A stretch of 64,000 bases of DNA from Clostridia bacterium (GCA_017434845.1 JAFSGD010000060.1:5862-69861), one strand, 5' to 3'; counted from the stretch's first letter, positions 18,598 through 29,408 are shown. Numbers and translations are program-made. Notes: generated by a model from the letters alone, not told the origin.

Positions 18598-19893
18598 TCA
18601 AAATTTATTTCCGCATTCGGGGCAGAATTTGGGGGTTGAAGCGGGATCGGCGGGCTTCCAGCCGCATTCGGAACAGCACGCAGAGGGCTTCTTTGCGCCG
18701 CATTCCGAACAGAACTTACCGCTGTTTACAGCTCCGCAAGAGCATTTCCAGCTGCTGTCCTCGGGCTTCTTTGCACCGCAATCGGAGCAGAACTTACCGT
18801 TGTTTACTGCGCCGCAAGAGCATTTCCAGCCGTTTTGCGCGGGCTGAGCCTGCTGCTGTTGAGCCTGTTGCTGTTGAGCCTGCTGTTGCTGACCCATTGC
18901 ATAAAGATTTTGAGCGTTGATGCCGCCTGCGTTCATCGCCATGCCCATGCCGATGAAGCCGTTCATTGCGCCGGCATCATTGGTTGCCGCAAGGCGCATT
19001 GCATCTGCCTGTGCCCCGGTAAGAGTTGCCGCAGCCATGGTGGGATCGCGCAGAATTGCCGAGTGCTGAGCCTTTTTGATAAGCTCGGCATCTTCTTCGG
19101 GAAGCGTTACCGAACCGAGAGCCACCGAAACGACCTTCAAGCCGCGAAGCTCGCCCCATTTGGAAGAGAGAGCCTCATTCATTGCGTCTTCGAGCTCGGT
19201 GTTGTGGGCAACTATCTGGTTGGGGCGGAGCTCAAGCGCAGAAAGACGGCCAAACGCAGGCTGAAGTGCGCTGATGAACTCGGTTTTAAGCTGAGTTTCT
19301 ATCTCGCTGCGACGATATTCACGCTCAACGTTGCCGCAAACGTTGGTATAGAAAAGCAAAGGATCGGCGATCTTATAGGAATAAACGCCCGAGCAACGAA
19401 CCGAAACGTCGATATCAAGGCCGATCTTGGAATCGACAACGCGGAAAGGAACGGGATTGGGTGTTCCGAACTTATTGTCGATAAGCTCCTTGGTGTTGAT
19501 ATAATAAACGCGCTGATCCTTGCCGGTATCGCCGCCATAGGTGAAACGGCGGCCGAGGGTTTTAAAGGTTTGCTTGATGCTTTCGCCGAGAGAACCCGAG
19601 AACAAGCTGGGTTCGGTAGACGAATCGTAGGTGAACTCGCCGGGCTCGGCGCATACCTCAACGATCTTGCCCTGCTCGACGATGAGCATACATTGACCGT
19701 CGGCAACCGCAATGCCCGAGCCATTGGAAATGATGTTATCGCTTCCCTTGGTGTTCGAGCTTCTGCCGCCTACCCTTTTTTGTCCCTTGGTAACGAGCAG
19801 TTCTTTGTCCATTGCCTCGCAATAGAAGAATTCTTTCCACTGATCTGCAAGGGTGCTTCCGAGAGCACCTATGCCTGCTTTGATAAGTCCCAT
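18598..19893 (-). CDS. SPFH/band-7 domain protein with C-terminal zinc ribbons (YdjI-like)
   Basis: LADQWKE, ISNGS.IAV, KFGTPNP; QQQQAQ linker; tandem WKCSCG..N.GKFC.ECG repeats. Confidence 0.88.
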   Translation of the reverse strand: MGLIKAGIGALGSTLADQWKEFFYCEAMDKELLVTKGQKRVGGRSSNTKGSDNIISNGSGIAVADGQCMLIVEQGKIVEVCAEPGEFTYDSSTEPSLFSGSLGESIKQTFKTLGRRFTYGGDTGKDQRVYYINTKELIDNKFGTPNPVPFRVVDSKIGLDIDVSVRCSGVYSYKIADPLLFYTNVCGNVEREYRRSEIETQLKTEFISALQPAFGRLSALELRPNQIVAHNTELEDAMNEALSSKWGELRGLKVVSVALGSVTLPEEDAELIKKAQHSAILRDPTMAAATLTGAQADAMRLAATNDAGAMNGFIGMGMAMNAGGINAQNLYAMGQQQQAQQQQAQQQQAQPAQNGWKCSCGAVNNGKFCSDCGAKKPEDSSWKCSCGAVNSGKFCSECGAKKPSACCSECGWKPADPASTPKFCPECGNKF

Positions 19894-19910
19894 AATTGTT
19901 TCTCCCTTCT

Positions 19911-20564
19911 TTATCTTCCGGTTAATCTTTGCATCGCCTTATTGCCGCCTGCCAGAACAAGCTTTTCATTTTCGGAAAAACGATGGTTCGGATCGGCAAG
20001 AAGTTCGAACTCTTCTTCACCTTCTGCGGCAACGGCAATTATATTAACATTATATTTTTTACGGACATCTATTTCAATGACCGTTTTTCCGACCCAACTC
20101 TTCGGGGTGATTATTTCCGCAATGGTAAAATCACTTGACGGAGCGAAATAATCAATAACGTCGCGCTTTGAAAGTGTATATGCCAATTTAGTCCCCGACT
20201 CTTTTTCGGGCAAGACGATGTGGTCGGCACCAACCTTCAACAGCACCTTTTTCTGTCGCTCGTCGGTTGCGCGCACAACGATGCGTTTTATTCCGAGTTC
20301 CTTGAGCAGAAGGGTTATAAGTATGCTGTCGGAAAGATTGTTTTCCATACAAATAACCGCACACTCGCAATTCTTAACACCCGCGGCACGAAGCACCGCC
20401 TCGTTGGTCGCGTCGCCGCAAACGGCGTTTTCGACCGAATTTCCGATAAAATCTATTTTTTCCTGAGATTCATCTATAACAAGTACTTGATGGCGCAGTT
20501 TAGAAAGCGACAGTGCAAGATTGACGCCGAAATTGCCGAGACCGATCACACAAAAGCCTTTCAT
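19911..20564 (-). CDS. ktrA: TrkA/KtrA potassium uptake NAD-binding subunit
   Basis: VIGLGNFG Rossmann motif followed by an RCK-C domain. Confidence 0.9.
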   Translation of the reverse strand: MKGFCVIGLGNFGVNLALSLSKLRHQVLVIDESQEKIDFIGNSVENAVCGDATNEAVLRAAGVKNCECAVICMENNLSDSILITLLLKELGIKRIVVRATDERQKKVLLKVGADHIVLPEKESGTKLAYTLSKRDVIDYFAPSSDFTIAEIITPKSWVGKTVIEIDVRKKYNVNIIAVAAEGEEEFELLADPNHRFSENEKLVLAGGNKAMQRLTGR

Positions 20565-20586
20565 ACTTTATACTCTTTCCTTTCAT

Positions 20587-21936
20587 TCAACCTACCGGCA
20601 TCGCCGAAACGGGATAGCTTATCGGCGGTTTTTCGCGGTTTGTGCGTACCATTATCGCATACATTATCGAAACGATACCTATCCTGCCGAAAAACATCAA
20701 TCCGATGATAAGCAGCCTTCCGAAGACCGAAAGCGACGGAGTTATTCCAACCGTTATTCCGACCGTTCCGAATGCGGAGAATACCTCGAAAAAGGCATCA
20801 TTAAGCGGAACGCCCTCTGAGATATAAAGCGCAAAGCCGCTTACAAGAACAACAAACAGACCGATAACGAAAAGTGCGAACGCACGGCGCACTGTGTCCG
20901 AAGGAATGCGGCGTTTTTTGAAATTCGAATCGCGTTCGCCGCGTATTATCGCAAGCGTTGCGACCAAAACAATAGCAACCGTTCCGGTTTTTATACCGCC
21001 TGCGGTCGAGCCCGAAGAGCCTCCGATGAACATCAAAAGCATTGAAAACAGCTTCGTGCCATCGGAAAGCGATGCCTGATCAACCGTGGCAAAACCCGCC
21101 GTTCTCAGCGTTACCGACTGAAACAGGGCGCGGATGATCTTTGTTCCGGCGCTCCCGTTTCCGAGCACCTCGGCGTTATTCCACTCAACCAGCGCTATAA
21201 ATAACGCGCCGCCCAGGATCAGCACCGCCGAAAGCACCAAAACCAGCTTTGAATAAAGCGCTATCCTATCGTGTTTTTTGATAAACTGCCTGATATCGTC
21301 CCAAACGATAAATCCGAGACCGCCCGAAACGATAAGCAGAATAAGAACTATATTAACGTAGACGTCATCCGCATAAGCGGAAATACTCGCAAACTCGCCG
21401 AATTCGTTGCCAAGAATGTCAAATCCCGCGTTGCAAAAGGCGCTCACCGAATGAAAAACGCTAAAACAAATTCCTTTTAAAAACCCAAATTCGGGAACGA
21501 AACGAAACGACAGCAAAAGTGCGCCCAGCCCTTCGGCAGAGAACGCGAAAACCGTTACCCGATAAGCGAAGGCTGCGAGATCCGATGCCGGATCAAGATT
21601 CATCGATTGGGTAAAAAGCACTCGTTCACGCGTTGAAACACGCCTTTTGAGAAGCGCTGAAAACACCATCGCCAGCGACATAAAACCGAGACCGCCCACC
21701 TGAATGAGCAGTATTATGACACTTTTTCCGAACGCCGACCAATAAATGCCCGTGTCCACGGTTATGAGACCTGTCACGCAGGTCGCGCTGGTCGCGGTAA
21801 AAAGAGCGGTCAGCGGATCGGTAAACTCGCCCGAAGACGAAGAAAAAGGCATAACGAGAAGAAGCGTTCCGACGAGGATTATCGCCAGAAAGCCGAAAAT
21901 GATGACGTTTGTGGGCGACATCCTTTTCTTTAACAT
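20587..21936 (-). CDS. ktrB: TrkH/KtrB potassium uptake membrane subunit
   Basis: SATCVTGL, SAFCNAGF, RTAGF, SAFGTVG pore motifs. Confidence 0.93.
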   Translation of the reverse strand: MLKKRMSPTNVIIFGFLAIILVGTLLLVMPFSSSSGEFTDPLTALFTATSATCVTGLITVDTGIYWSAFGKSVIILLIQVGGLGFMSLAMVFSALLKRRVSTRERVLFTQSMNLDPASDLAAFAYRVTVFAFSAEGLGALLLSFRFVPEFGFLKGICFSVFHSVSAFCNAGFDILGNEFGEFASISAYADDVYVNIVLILLIVSGGLGFIVWDDIRQFIKKHDRIALYSKLVLVLSAVLILGGALFIALVEWNNAEVLGNGSAGTKIIRALFQSVTLRTAGFATVDQASLSDGTKLFSMLLMFIGGSSGSTAGGIKTGTVAIVLVATLAIIRGERDSNFKKRRIPSDTVRRAFALFVIGLFVVLVSGFALYISEGVPLNDAFFEVFSAFGTVGITVGITPSLSVFGRLLIIGLMFFGRIGIVSIMYAIMVRTNREKPPISYPVSAMPVG

Positions 21937-21961
21937 TCCGTTACACCCTTGCTTTCATAAT

Positions 21962-22624
21962 CTATAAGATTTCTAACAGCTCCGCTCTGAGCTCGGCAAC
22001 GTCGCGCATCGGCGCAACGCCGCTTTTTTCATAAAGAAGCTTAAAATCGGTATAGCCGTATCCGACGGGAACAAAGCGGATGCCGCAATTTTTTGCGGTT
22101 TCGTAATCCGCAAAGCCATCGCCGACAAACACCGCATTCTCGGGCGAAACACCAAAGCTTTCAAGCACCGAAAGCGTAACCTTTGGGTTGGGCTTTCGCT
22201 CGGAATCTTCGCGCACGCCGCGGCAAACGCCGACGGTTCTGCCGAAAAAGTGGTCGATTATGGGAACTGCGTTTTTTTCATCCTTGTTGGTAACGACCGC
22301 GGTTTTTATTCCAAGCGACGAAAGCTCGGCCAAAAGCTCGGCCATGCCCGAATAGGCGGTTGTTTTGTCTACCTCGTTTTTTTCATATTCCTCGCGAAAA
22401 CGGGCGCGAACGGTTGCAACGGCGCTGTCGGGCGCTTCTTCGGGAAGCGCACGGCGAACAAGCACAAACGAGCCGTTGCCCAAAAAACCCTTAACCGCAT
22501 CCTGCGAATGAGTCGGATATCCGAACGCAGCAAGCGCCTTGTTGAGTGCAAATGCAAGATCGGGAACGGTATCGAGCACGGTTCCGTCGAGATCGAAGAT
22601 TACCGCTTTATCAGCCAACGACAT
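21962..22624 (-). CDS. HAD-family phosphatase (Gph-like)
   Basis: FDLDGT, VTNK, KPNP, VGDG..D. Confidence 0.9.
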   Translation of the reverse strand: MSLADKAVIFDLDGTVLDTVPDLAFALNKALAAFGYPTHSQDAVKGFLGNGSFVLVRRALPEEAPDSAVATVRARFREEYEKNEVDKTTAYSGMAELLAELSSLGIKTAVVTNKDEKNAVPIIDHFFGRTVGVCRGVREDSERKPNPKVTLSVLESFGVSPENAVFVGDGFADYETAKNCGIRFVPVGYGYTDFKLLYEKSGVAPMRDVAELRAELLEIL

Positions 22625-22841
22625 TTTCGATATATTCTGCAATATCCTTAATGGTCTTGAGGCCGGTTGCGTCATCGGGAATGGTGATGTTCATTTCGTC
22701 CTCAAGAGTCATGAGCATTTCAACGATATCGATGCTGTCTGCGCCGAGATCTTCAACAACAGCGGCGTCGTCGGAAATATCTTCAACCTTTATTCGGAGC
22801 TGCTTTGCGATAACTTCTTTAACCTTGTCGATAATCTGCAT
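22611..22841 (-). CDS. acpP: Acyl carrier protein
   Basis: DLGADSIDIVE phosphopantetheine motif; 76 aa, acidic. Confidence 0.92.
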   Translation of the reverse strand: MQIIDKVKEVIAKQLRIKVEDISDDAAVVEDLGADSIDIVEMLMTLEDEMNITIPDDATGLKTIKDIAEYIENVVG

Positions 22842-23027
22842 ATTAATTAAATTTTCCTTTCAAAAAAAGCCAAACGGCATATTGGTTTATTATATAATAC
22901 TTCATCCGAAAGAAAAATACAAGTGCTTTCACAAAAATTTAACCAAAAACTGTTATTAAGTGCTTTGTTTCGGTTGACGATAACCAAAAAATATGATAGA
23001 ATATGATGATATAATAGGAGTAATTGT

Positions 23028-23507
23028 ATGCTTATATTGGGAATTGATCCGGGGTTGGCAACGATAGGCTTCGGATTAGTGTTAAAAAGCGGTGATAAAT
23101 ACCGCGCGATCGAATACGGGGCAATAACCACTGCACCGAAGCAGATGATCGAAAAGCGCCTTTCGGATATTTACGACGATATGATCGAGCTGTTGACCCG
23201 CACCAAGCCCGATTGCATGGTGATAGAAGAGCTTTTCTTTAACAACAACACCACAACCGCCATTGACGTTTCGATGGCGCGCGGCGTTATTCTGCTTGCG
23301 GCTTACAAATGCGGTGTTGACATTTACGAATACACTCCGCTTGAGGTTAAAAGCTCGATTGTAGGCTACGGCAGAGCCGAAAAACAGCAGGTGCAATATA
23401 TGGTGCGCCTTATGCTTAACCTTGCTGAAACGCCCAAGCCCGACGACACCGCCGATGCGCTTGCGCTTGCGCTTTGCCACGGCACGAGAATGATTCCCAA
23501 AAGATAA
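23028..23507 (+). CDS. ruvC: Holliday junction resolvase
   Basis: ILGIDPG, IEELFF, GYGRAEK, DD.ADAL. Confidence 0.97.
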   Translation: MLILGIDPGLATIGFGLVLKSGDKYRAIEYGAITTAPKQMIEKRLSDIYDDMIELLTRTKPDCMVIEELFFNNNTTTAIDVSMARGVILLAAYKCGVDIYEYTPLEVKSSIVGYGRAEKQQVQYMVRLMLNLAETPKPDDTADALALALCHGTRMIPKR

Positions 23508-23531
23508 CGAAACAAGAAAGGAAGCACCGAT

Positions 23532-24128
23532 ATGATACATTACGTCAGCGGAAGGCTCGCAAAGCTTACCGGAAGCTATGCCGTTGTTGATTGCGGCGGC
23601 GTCGGCTTTAAAATAGGAATTTCTTTTTCAACAGGCGCAAAGCTTTCGCCGCTTTCGGGCAAAAACGTGCTTCTTTATACCTATATGGCTGTAAGCGAGG
23701 ACAACATGTCGCTTTACGGCTTCTTTGAAGAGGACGAACTCGAGCTTTTTAAAATGTTGATTTCGGTTTCGGGAGTCGGCCCGAAGGGAGCAATGTCTAT
23801 TCTCGGCACGCTCTCGCCCGATGAACTTCGTTCCGCGGTTGCCCACGGCGATGCGAAAACCATTGCCTCGGCGCAGGGAATCGGCTTGAAGACCGCACAA
23901 AAGCTTATTATCGAGCTTAAGGATAAGCTGGGCGCAGGCTCGGCGGAGATTCCCGCTTCGAGTGCCGCAAACAGCGAAAAGGTAACGCAGGTCGTTGATA
24001 CCCTTGCGCTCTACGGTTTCCCGCGCGCAAAGGTTATTGAAACGCTTAAAAAGCTTGATACCTCGCTTTCACTCGAGGAGCTTTTATCGCAAACGCTCAG
24101 AATTCTCGGAAAGGAGTCAGGACGCTAA
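23532..24128 (+). CDS. ruvA: Holliday junction branch migration protein A
   Basis: LYGF, VSGVGPK, GIGLKTA. Confidence 0.95.
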   Translation: MIHYVSGRLAKLTGSYAVVDCGGVGFKIGISFSTGAKLSPLSGKNVLLYTYMAVSEDNMSLYGFFEEDELELFKMLISVSGVGPKGAMSILGTLSPDELRSAVAHGDAKTIASAQGIGLKTAQKLIIELKDKLGAGSAEIPASSAANSEKVTQVVDTLALYGFPRAKVIETLKKLDTSLSLEELLSQTLRILGKESGR

Positions 24129-25208
24129 ATGCCCATTAATTCGAAAATACCCGATTATTCCGAAGATTATGATTTTGAGAGCCGACTGACGACCGCCGAA
24201 TTCACCGCAGAGGACGTTGACTCGGAGCTTTCGCTAAGACCGAAATCGCTTTCGGAATACGTGGGTCAGCAGAAGGTTAAGGATAACCTTTCGATATTTA
24301 TCAAAGCGGCGGCAACGCGCGGCGATTCGCTCGACCACGTTTTGCTTCACGGCCCTCCCGGCTTGGGTAAGACCACGCTTTCGTGCATTATCGCAGGCGA
24401 GCTCGGCGTTAACCTTAAGGTAACGAGCGGCCCTGCGATCGAAAAGGCAGGCGACCTTGCCGCACTTTTAACAACGCTTGAACGTAACGATATTCTTTTT
24501 ATCGACGAAATACACCGCCTGCCGAGGCAGGTTGAAGAGGTGCTTTATCCCGCAATGGAGGATTTCGCGCTCGATCTTATGATGGGCAAGGGTCCCTCGG
24601 CGCGTTCGATAAGAATTCCGCTTAAGCCCTTCACGCTCATCGGCGCAACCACCAGAGCAGGCCAGCTTTCTTCGCCGTTGCGCGACAGATTCGGAATGTC
24701 GTTTCGGCTTGAACTTTACACCCCCGAGGAGCTTTCGCTTATTATCACCCGTTCGGCAGGAATATTGGGAATTCCCATAACCGCCGACGGCTCTTATGAG
24801 ATCGCGTTGCGCTCGCGCGGAACGCCGCGAATTGCCAACCGCTTTTTAAAGCGCGTTCGCGATTTTGCAACCGTTAGCGGAAACGGCGTTATCGACTTCG
24901 ATATCACCCGAACCGCGCTTGATGCGCTTGAGGTTGATGCGCTCGGGCTCGATTCGGTCGACAGAAGAATGCTTGGCGCGATAATAAACCATTTCGGCGG
25001 CGGCCCCGTCGGATTGGAAACGCTTGCCGCGGTTATCGGCGAGGAAGCGGTTACGCTTGAGGACGTTTACGAGCCCTATCTGCTTCAGCTTGGATTCTTA
25101 AACCGCACCCCGCGCGGAAGATGCGCCACCGCAGGCGCTTACCGCCACCTTGGACTTGAAGTTCCCGACAAAATGGCCGAGCAGCTTAAGTTCACCGACA
25201 ATATTTGA
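24129..25208 (+). CDS. ruvB: Holliday junction branch migration ATPase B
   Basis: [24 protein letters not shown]. Confidence 0.97.
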   Translation: MPINSKIPDYSEDYDFESRLTTAEFTAEDVDSELSLRPKSLSEYVGQQKVKDNLSIFIKAAATRGDSLDHVLLHGPPGLGKTTLSCIIAGELGVNLKVTSGPAIEKAGDLAALLTTLERNDILFIDEIHRLPRQVEEVLYPAMEDFALDLMMGKGPSARSIRIPLKPFTLIGATTRAGQLSSPLRDRFGMSFRLELYTPEELSLIITRSAGILGIPITADGSYEIALRSRGTPRIANRFLKRVRDFATVSGNGVIDFDITRTALDALEVDALGLDSVDRRMLGAIINHFGGGPVGLETLAAVIGEEAVTLEDVYEPYLLQLGFLNRTPRGRCATAGAYRHLGLEVPDKMAEQLKFTDNI

Positions 25209-25226
25209 AAAAACGGAGTTATATAA

Positions 25227-26090
25227 ATGTATTCTGCCGACAACTGGAAGGAATATCGCCTGCTTGACGCCGCAAACGGCGAAAGGCTTGAAAAATGGGG
25301 CGATTATATTCTCATCCGCCCCGACCCTCAGGTTATTTGGAGCGGCGAAAAAACACACCGCGGCTGGAAAAACGCAAACGGCATCTACCGCCGTTCGCGC
25401 TCGGGCGGCGGCGAATGGATAAAAAAAGAGGTTCCCGAGGAATGGATAATCTCCTACGGCGACCTCAGATTCGGCATTTCGCCGATGGGCTTTAAGCACA
25501 CGGGCTTGTTCCCCGAGCAGGCGGCAAACTGGGATTGGTTCTCGGAGCTTATTAAAAACAGCGGCCGCGAGATAAAGCTGCTTAACCTTTTTGCCTACAC
25601 GGGCGGCGCAAGCGTTGCCGCGGCAAAGGCAGGCGCGTTCGTTTGCCACGTTGATGCTTCGAAGGGCATCGTTGCAAAGGCAAAGCGCAACGCCGAACTT
25701 TCGGGGATTCCGCAAAACAAAATAAGATATATCGTTGACGATTGCTTCAAATTTGTTGAGCGCGAGATCAGACGCGGCAACAAATACGATGCCGTTATTC
25801 TCGACCCGCCCTCGTTCGGACGCGGTCCGGGCGGCGAAAAATGGGTTATCGAGGAATGTCTCGATCAGCTTGTTGGGCTGGCCAGCCAAGTGCTTTCCGA
25901 TCAGCCGCTTTTCGTGCTTTTGAATTCATACACCACGGGTCTCTCCCCTGCCGCAAACGGCTATGTGCTTCACAAGCACACCAAGCGCTTCGGCGGAAAG
26001 GTCGAAAGTGAAGAACTGGGAATTCCCGTTGAGGCAAGCGGAATCTGCCTGCCGTGCGGTGCTTCGAGCCGTTGGACTCCCGAAAAGTAA
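25227..26090 (+). CDS. Class I SAM-dependent methyltransferase (RlmI/RlmK-like)
   Basis: HTGLFPEQ, LNLFAYTG, DPPSFG. Confidence 0.9.
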   Translation: MYSADNWKEYRLLDAANGERLEKWGDYILIRPDPQVIWSGEKTHRGWKNANGIYRRSRSGGGEWIKKEVPEEWIISYGDLRFGISPMGFKHTGLFPEQAANWDWFSELIKNSGREIKLLNLFAYTGGASVAAAKAGAFVCHVDASKGIVAKAKRNAELSGIPQNKIRYIVDDCFKFVEREIRRGNKYDAVILDPPSFGRGPGGEKWVIEECLDQLVGLASQVLSDQPLFVLLNSYTTGLSPAANGYVLHKHTKRFGGKVESEELGIPVEASGICLPCGASSRWTPEK

Positions 26091-26161
26091 TAATTTTTAC
26101 AATCTTTCTAAACAAAAGCTTAAGATATATTGTATCTTAAATAAAAAAGGATTCTGTTGAA

Positions 26162-27013
26162 ATGTCGTTTATCGAAGCCAACGGGCTCGGATTTTCATAG
26201 TCGCCCGAAGAGCCCAAGGTGTTAAGCGGGCTTAACGTTAAAATAGAAAAAGGCAGCTATACCGCCATTCTCGGACACAACGGTTGCGGAAAAAGCACGC
26301 TTGCCAAGCTTTTGTGCGGCATTCTGTTGCCGACCGAGGGCAACGTTTCGGTTGCGGGAATGGACACCGCAAACGAAGAAAACGCCTTTGAAATACGTAA
26401 AAGATGCGGTATGGTCTTTCAAAACCCCGACAACCAGCTTGTTGCAAGCGTTGTTGAGGAGGATATTGCGTTTGCGCCCGAAAACCTCGGGCTCGCACGC
26501 GACGAGATAAGAAGGCGCGTTGACGAGGCTTTGGCAACGGTTGACATGAGCGATTATGCACGCCACGCCACCCACAAGCTTTCGGGTGGACAGAAGCAAA
26601 GAATTGCCATTGCGGGCGTTCTCGCAATGGGACCCGATTGCATTATATTCGACGAAGCCACCGCGATGCTCGACCCGACCGGCAGAAAAGAGATCGTTGC
26701 CGCAATGAAACGACTTAACAAGGAAATGGGCATGACCGTCGTTACGATAACCCATTATATGAACGAAGCGGTTGAGGCAGACAGAATAATCGTTATGAAT
26801 CAAGGCGAAATAATCGCCGACGGAACCCCCGAGGAAATATTCTCGCAGGTTGAAGTTTTGCATTCGGTTTCGCTTGACGTTCCGCAGGTAACCGAGCTTA
26901 TGTTTTTGCTCGAGCAGGACGGCTTCCCTCTCCCCAGAGGTATTCTTCATGCAATGGACGCCGCAGACGAGCTCGAAAAATTTATCGGAGAACAAAAAAA
27001 TGAACGCGCTTGA
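26162..27013 (+). CDS. ecfA1: ECF transporter ATPase 1; in-frame TAG at codon 13
   Basis: ATG at 26162 gives MSFIEANGLGFS*SPEEPKVL; GHNGCGKST, FQNPDNQ, LSGGQ, DEAT. Confidence 0.88.
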
Positions 27014-27854
27014 GTTTAAAAACGTTAGCGTTGTCTATGGAGAAGGAACTCCCTTTAAAAAGGCGGCGCTTGATAATATAAGCGTTTGCTTCCCCGAAAA
27101 GCAGATAACCGGGCTTATCGGCCACACCGGAAGCGGAAAAAGCACTCTTGCATCGCTTGCCAACGGGCTTTTAAAGCCCACAAGCGGCGAAGTATTGCTT
27201 TTCGGCGAAAACATTTGGGCGCAAAAGCGCGAAATGAAAAAGATTCGAAGCCGTGTGGGTCTTGTTTTTCAATATCCCGAATATCAGCTTTTTGACGAAA
27301 CGGTTGAAGCAGATATTTCGTTCGGCCCGAAAAACATCGGTCTTTCGGATGAAGAAATAAAAAAACGCGTCAGACTTGCCGCCGAATTTTGCGGACTTTC
27401 GCAAAAGGAGCTTAAGCGCTCGCCGTTTGAGCTTTCGGGCGGACAAAAGCGCCGTGCCGCCATTGCGGGCGTGCTTGCAATGAGGCCCGAGGTCTTGGTG
27501 CTTGACGAGCCCGCCGCAGGGCTTGACCCCAAGGGACGCGAGGAGATTTTGGGCGGTCTTACCGAATATAAAAACACCTACGGCGCCACACTGATCATTA
27601 TTTCACACAGTATGGAGGACGTCGCCCGTTATTCTGACAATATCGTCGTTATGAAAGAGGGCGAGGTTTATATGCAGGGCGCGCCCGAGGAGATATTCAT
27701 GCAGGCGGAAAAACTTTTTGATGCCGCACTCGACCTGCCCCAGATAACCAAGCTTTTCATCGAGCTGAAAAAACGCTCGCTTTGCCAAAGCACCGACGTT
27801 TATACCGTCGGATATGCAAAAAAAGAAATAGAAAAGATCATTAAAAATGCTTAA
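27000..27854 (+). CDS. ecfA2: ECF transporter ATPase 2
   Basis: YGEGTPF, GHTGSGKST, FQYPEYQLF, SPFELSGGQ. Confidence 0.95.
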   Translation: MNALEFKNVSVVYGEGTPFKKAALDNISVCFPEKQITGLIGHTGSGKSTLASLANGLLKPTSGEVLLFGENIWAQKREMKKIRSRVGLVFQYPEYQLFDETVEADISFGPKNIGLSDEEIKKRVRLAAEFCGLSQKELKRSPFELSGGQKRRAAIAGVLAMRPEVLVLDEPAAGLDPKGREEILGGLTEYKNTYGATLIIISHSMEDVARYSDNIVVMKEGEVYMQGAPEEIFMQAEKLFDAALDLPQITKLFIELKKRSLCQSTDVYTVGYAKKEIEKIIKNA

Positions 27855-28692
27855 AGACGTTACTTTTGGTCAATATTTTCCCGGTAACTCGCTGCTTCAC
27901 CGCACCGATCCGAGAATAAAAATAATATTGCTGATCGAATATCTCGTTCTGGTATTGGTTGCCGAAAGTTTGCCCGCGGTTGCGCTTTCGCTTTGCTTCA
28001 CGGCGTTTCTCATCGCCGTTTCGGGCGTTCGCTTCGGCATATTGATAAAATCGGTTAAGCCGTTGATATTCGTTTTGGCGTTTACGGCTGTTATAAACCT
28101 GTTTTTCACAAAGGGCGAATCCGAGCCGTTGCTCGAATGGAAATTCATCACCGTTTACAGCGAGGGCGTTCGAACTGCGGTTACGATGCTTATCCGCCTG
28201 CTTTCGATGGTGCTCGGAAGCGGAATCCTTATTTCGTTCACAACCAGCCCGCTTGAGCTTACCGATGCGATCGAGCGGTTGCTTAAACCGCTTAAGGCTA
28301 TTAAGGTTCCGGTTCACGAATTCGCGATGATGATGTCGATAGCGTTGCGTTTTATTCCGACGCTTATCGAAGAAACGAACAAGATCATTTCGGCACAGAA
28401 GGCGCGTTGCGCCGATTTTGAAAGCGGAAATATCATAAAAAGACTTAAGGCGCTTGTTCCCATTCTTATTCCCCTTTTCGTTTCGGCGATAAGGCGTGCC
28501 GAGGAGCTTGCCGACGCCATGGAATGCCGTTGTTATCGCGGCGGCGAGGGCAGAACAAAGCTTAAGGTTATGAAAACAAGACCCACCGATTTTGTATTTC
28601 TTGCATCGGTTACTCTGTTCACCGTTGCAATATTCTTTGTTAACATGATCGAATTTTCGGAGGTTATCGCATTTTGCGCGGATATATTCTGA
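27847..28692 (+). CDS. ecfT: ECF transporter T component
   Basis: DPR.K, ALRFIP, AQKAR, AMECR. Confidence 0.95.
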   Translation: MLKDVTFGQYFPGNSLLHRTDPRIKIILLIEYLVLVLVAESLPAVALSLCFTAFLIAVSGVRFGILIKSVKPLIFVLAFTAVINLFFTKGESEPLLEWKFITVYSEGVRTAVTMLIRLLSMVLGSGILISFTTSPLELTDAIERLLKPLKAIKVPVHEFAMMMSIALRFIPTLIEETNKIISAQKARCADFESGNIIKRLKALVPILIPLFVSAIRRAEELADAMECRCYRGGEGRTKLKVMKTRPTDFVFLASVTLFTVAIFFVNMIEFSEVIAFCADIF

Positions 28693-29408
28693 AAATAGCA
28701 TATAAGGGAACCAACTATTGCGGTTGGCAGGTTCAGCCCGAAAAGCCGACTGTTCAGGCGGCGGTTCAGGCGGCGTGCGAATCGGTTTTCGGCGTTGAAA
28801 CGTCGATAACCGGCTGCAGCAGAACCGATTCGGGCGTTCACGCAAAGGGCTTCGTCGCGCTTGCAAGCGGAAATCTGCCCGAGATTCCGCTCGCATCGCT
28901 TCCGCTTGCGTTAAACACCGCGCTTCCCTGCGACGTTGCTGTTATCGAAGCGGAAAATGCGCCCGAGGGATTCCACCCGCGCTATGATGCAAAGGGCAAG
29001 GAATACGTTTATTACATAAACAACAGCCGCATCAAAGACCCGTTTTCAGAGGAAACGGCATGGCTTTTTCCGAGAAAAATAAACGTTGAGCTTGCCGATT
29101 CGCTTTGCAAAGAGTTTATAGGCAGGCAGGATTTTGCCTCGTTTATGGCGGCAGGCTCGAAGATAACCGATACGGTGCGAACGGTCAGCGCCTTTTCGGC
29201 GGAAAGAAACGGCGATACCGTAATATTTAGGGTTTCTGCCGACGGTTTTCTGTATAATATGGTAAGAATAATGGTTGGAACGGTTGCCGAAAAGGCAAGC
29301 GGAACAGCTCTGCCCGATATTAAAGAAATTATCGCCGCGCGCGACCGCGCGAAAGCGGGAGTTACCGCACCCGCGAAGGGACTTTTTCTGAACAAGGTTT
29401 TTTATTGA
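28674..29408 (+). CDS. truA: tRNA pseudouridine(38-40) synthase
   Basis: Y.GWQ.Q, SRTDSGVHA, GFLYNMVR, TAPA.GL. Confidence 0.96.
   Translation: MRGYILKIAYKGTNYCGWQVQPEKPTVQAAVQAACESVFGVETSITGCSRTDSGVHAKGFVALASGNLPEIPLASLPLALNTALPCDVAVIEAENAPEGFHPRYDAKGKEYVYYINNSRIKDPFSEETAWLFPRKINVELADSLCKEFIGRQDFASFMAAGSKITDTVRTVSAFSAERNGDTVIFRVSADGFLYNMVRIMVGTVAEKASGTALPDIKEIIAARDRAKAGVTAPAKGLFLNKVFY

Noticed and set aside
18660-18895. Tandem DNA repeats as a contingency locus or DGR target
   Set aside because: Explained by in-frame protein repeats (QQQQAQ linker, duplicated zinc ribbons); no reverse transcriptase present.
26198-26200. Genome-wide TAG recoding or pyrrolysine
   Set aside because: TAG terminates argD (10045), the HAD gene (21962) and the 17265 gene at expected lengths; no pyl genes in the window.
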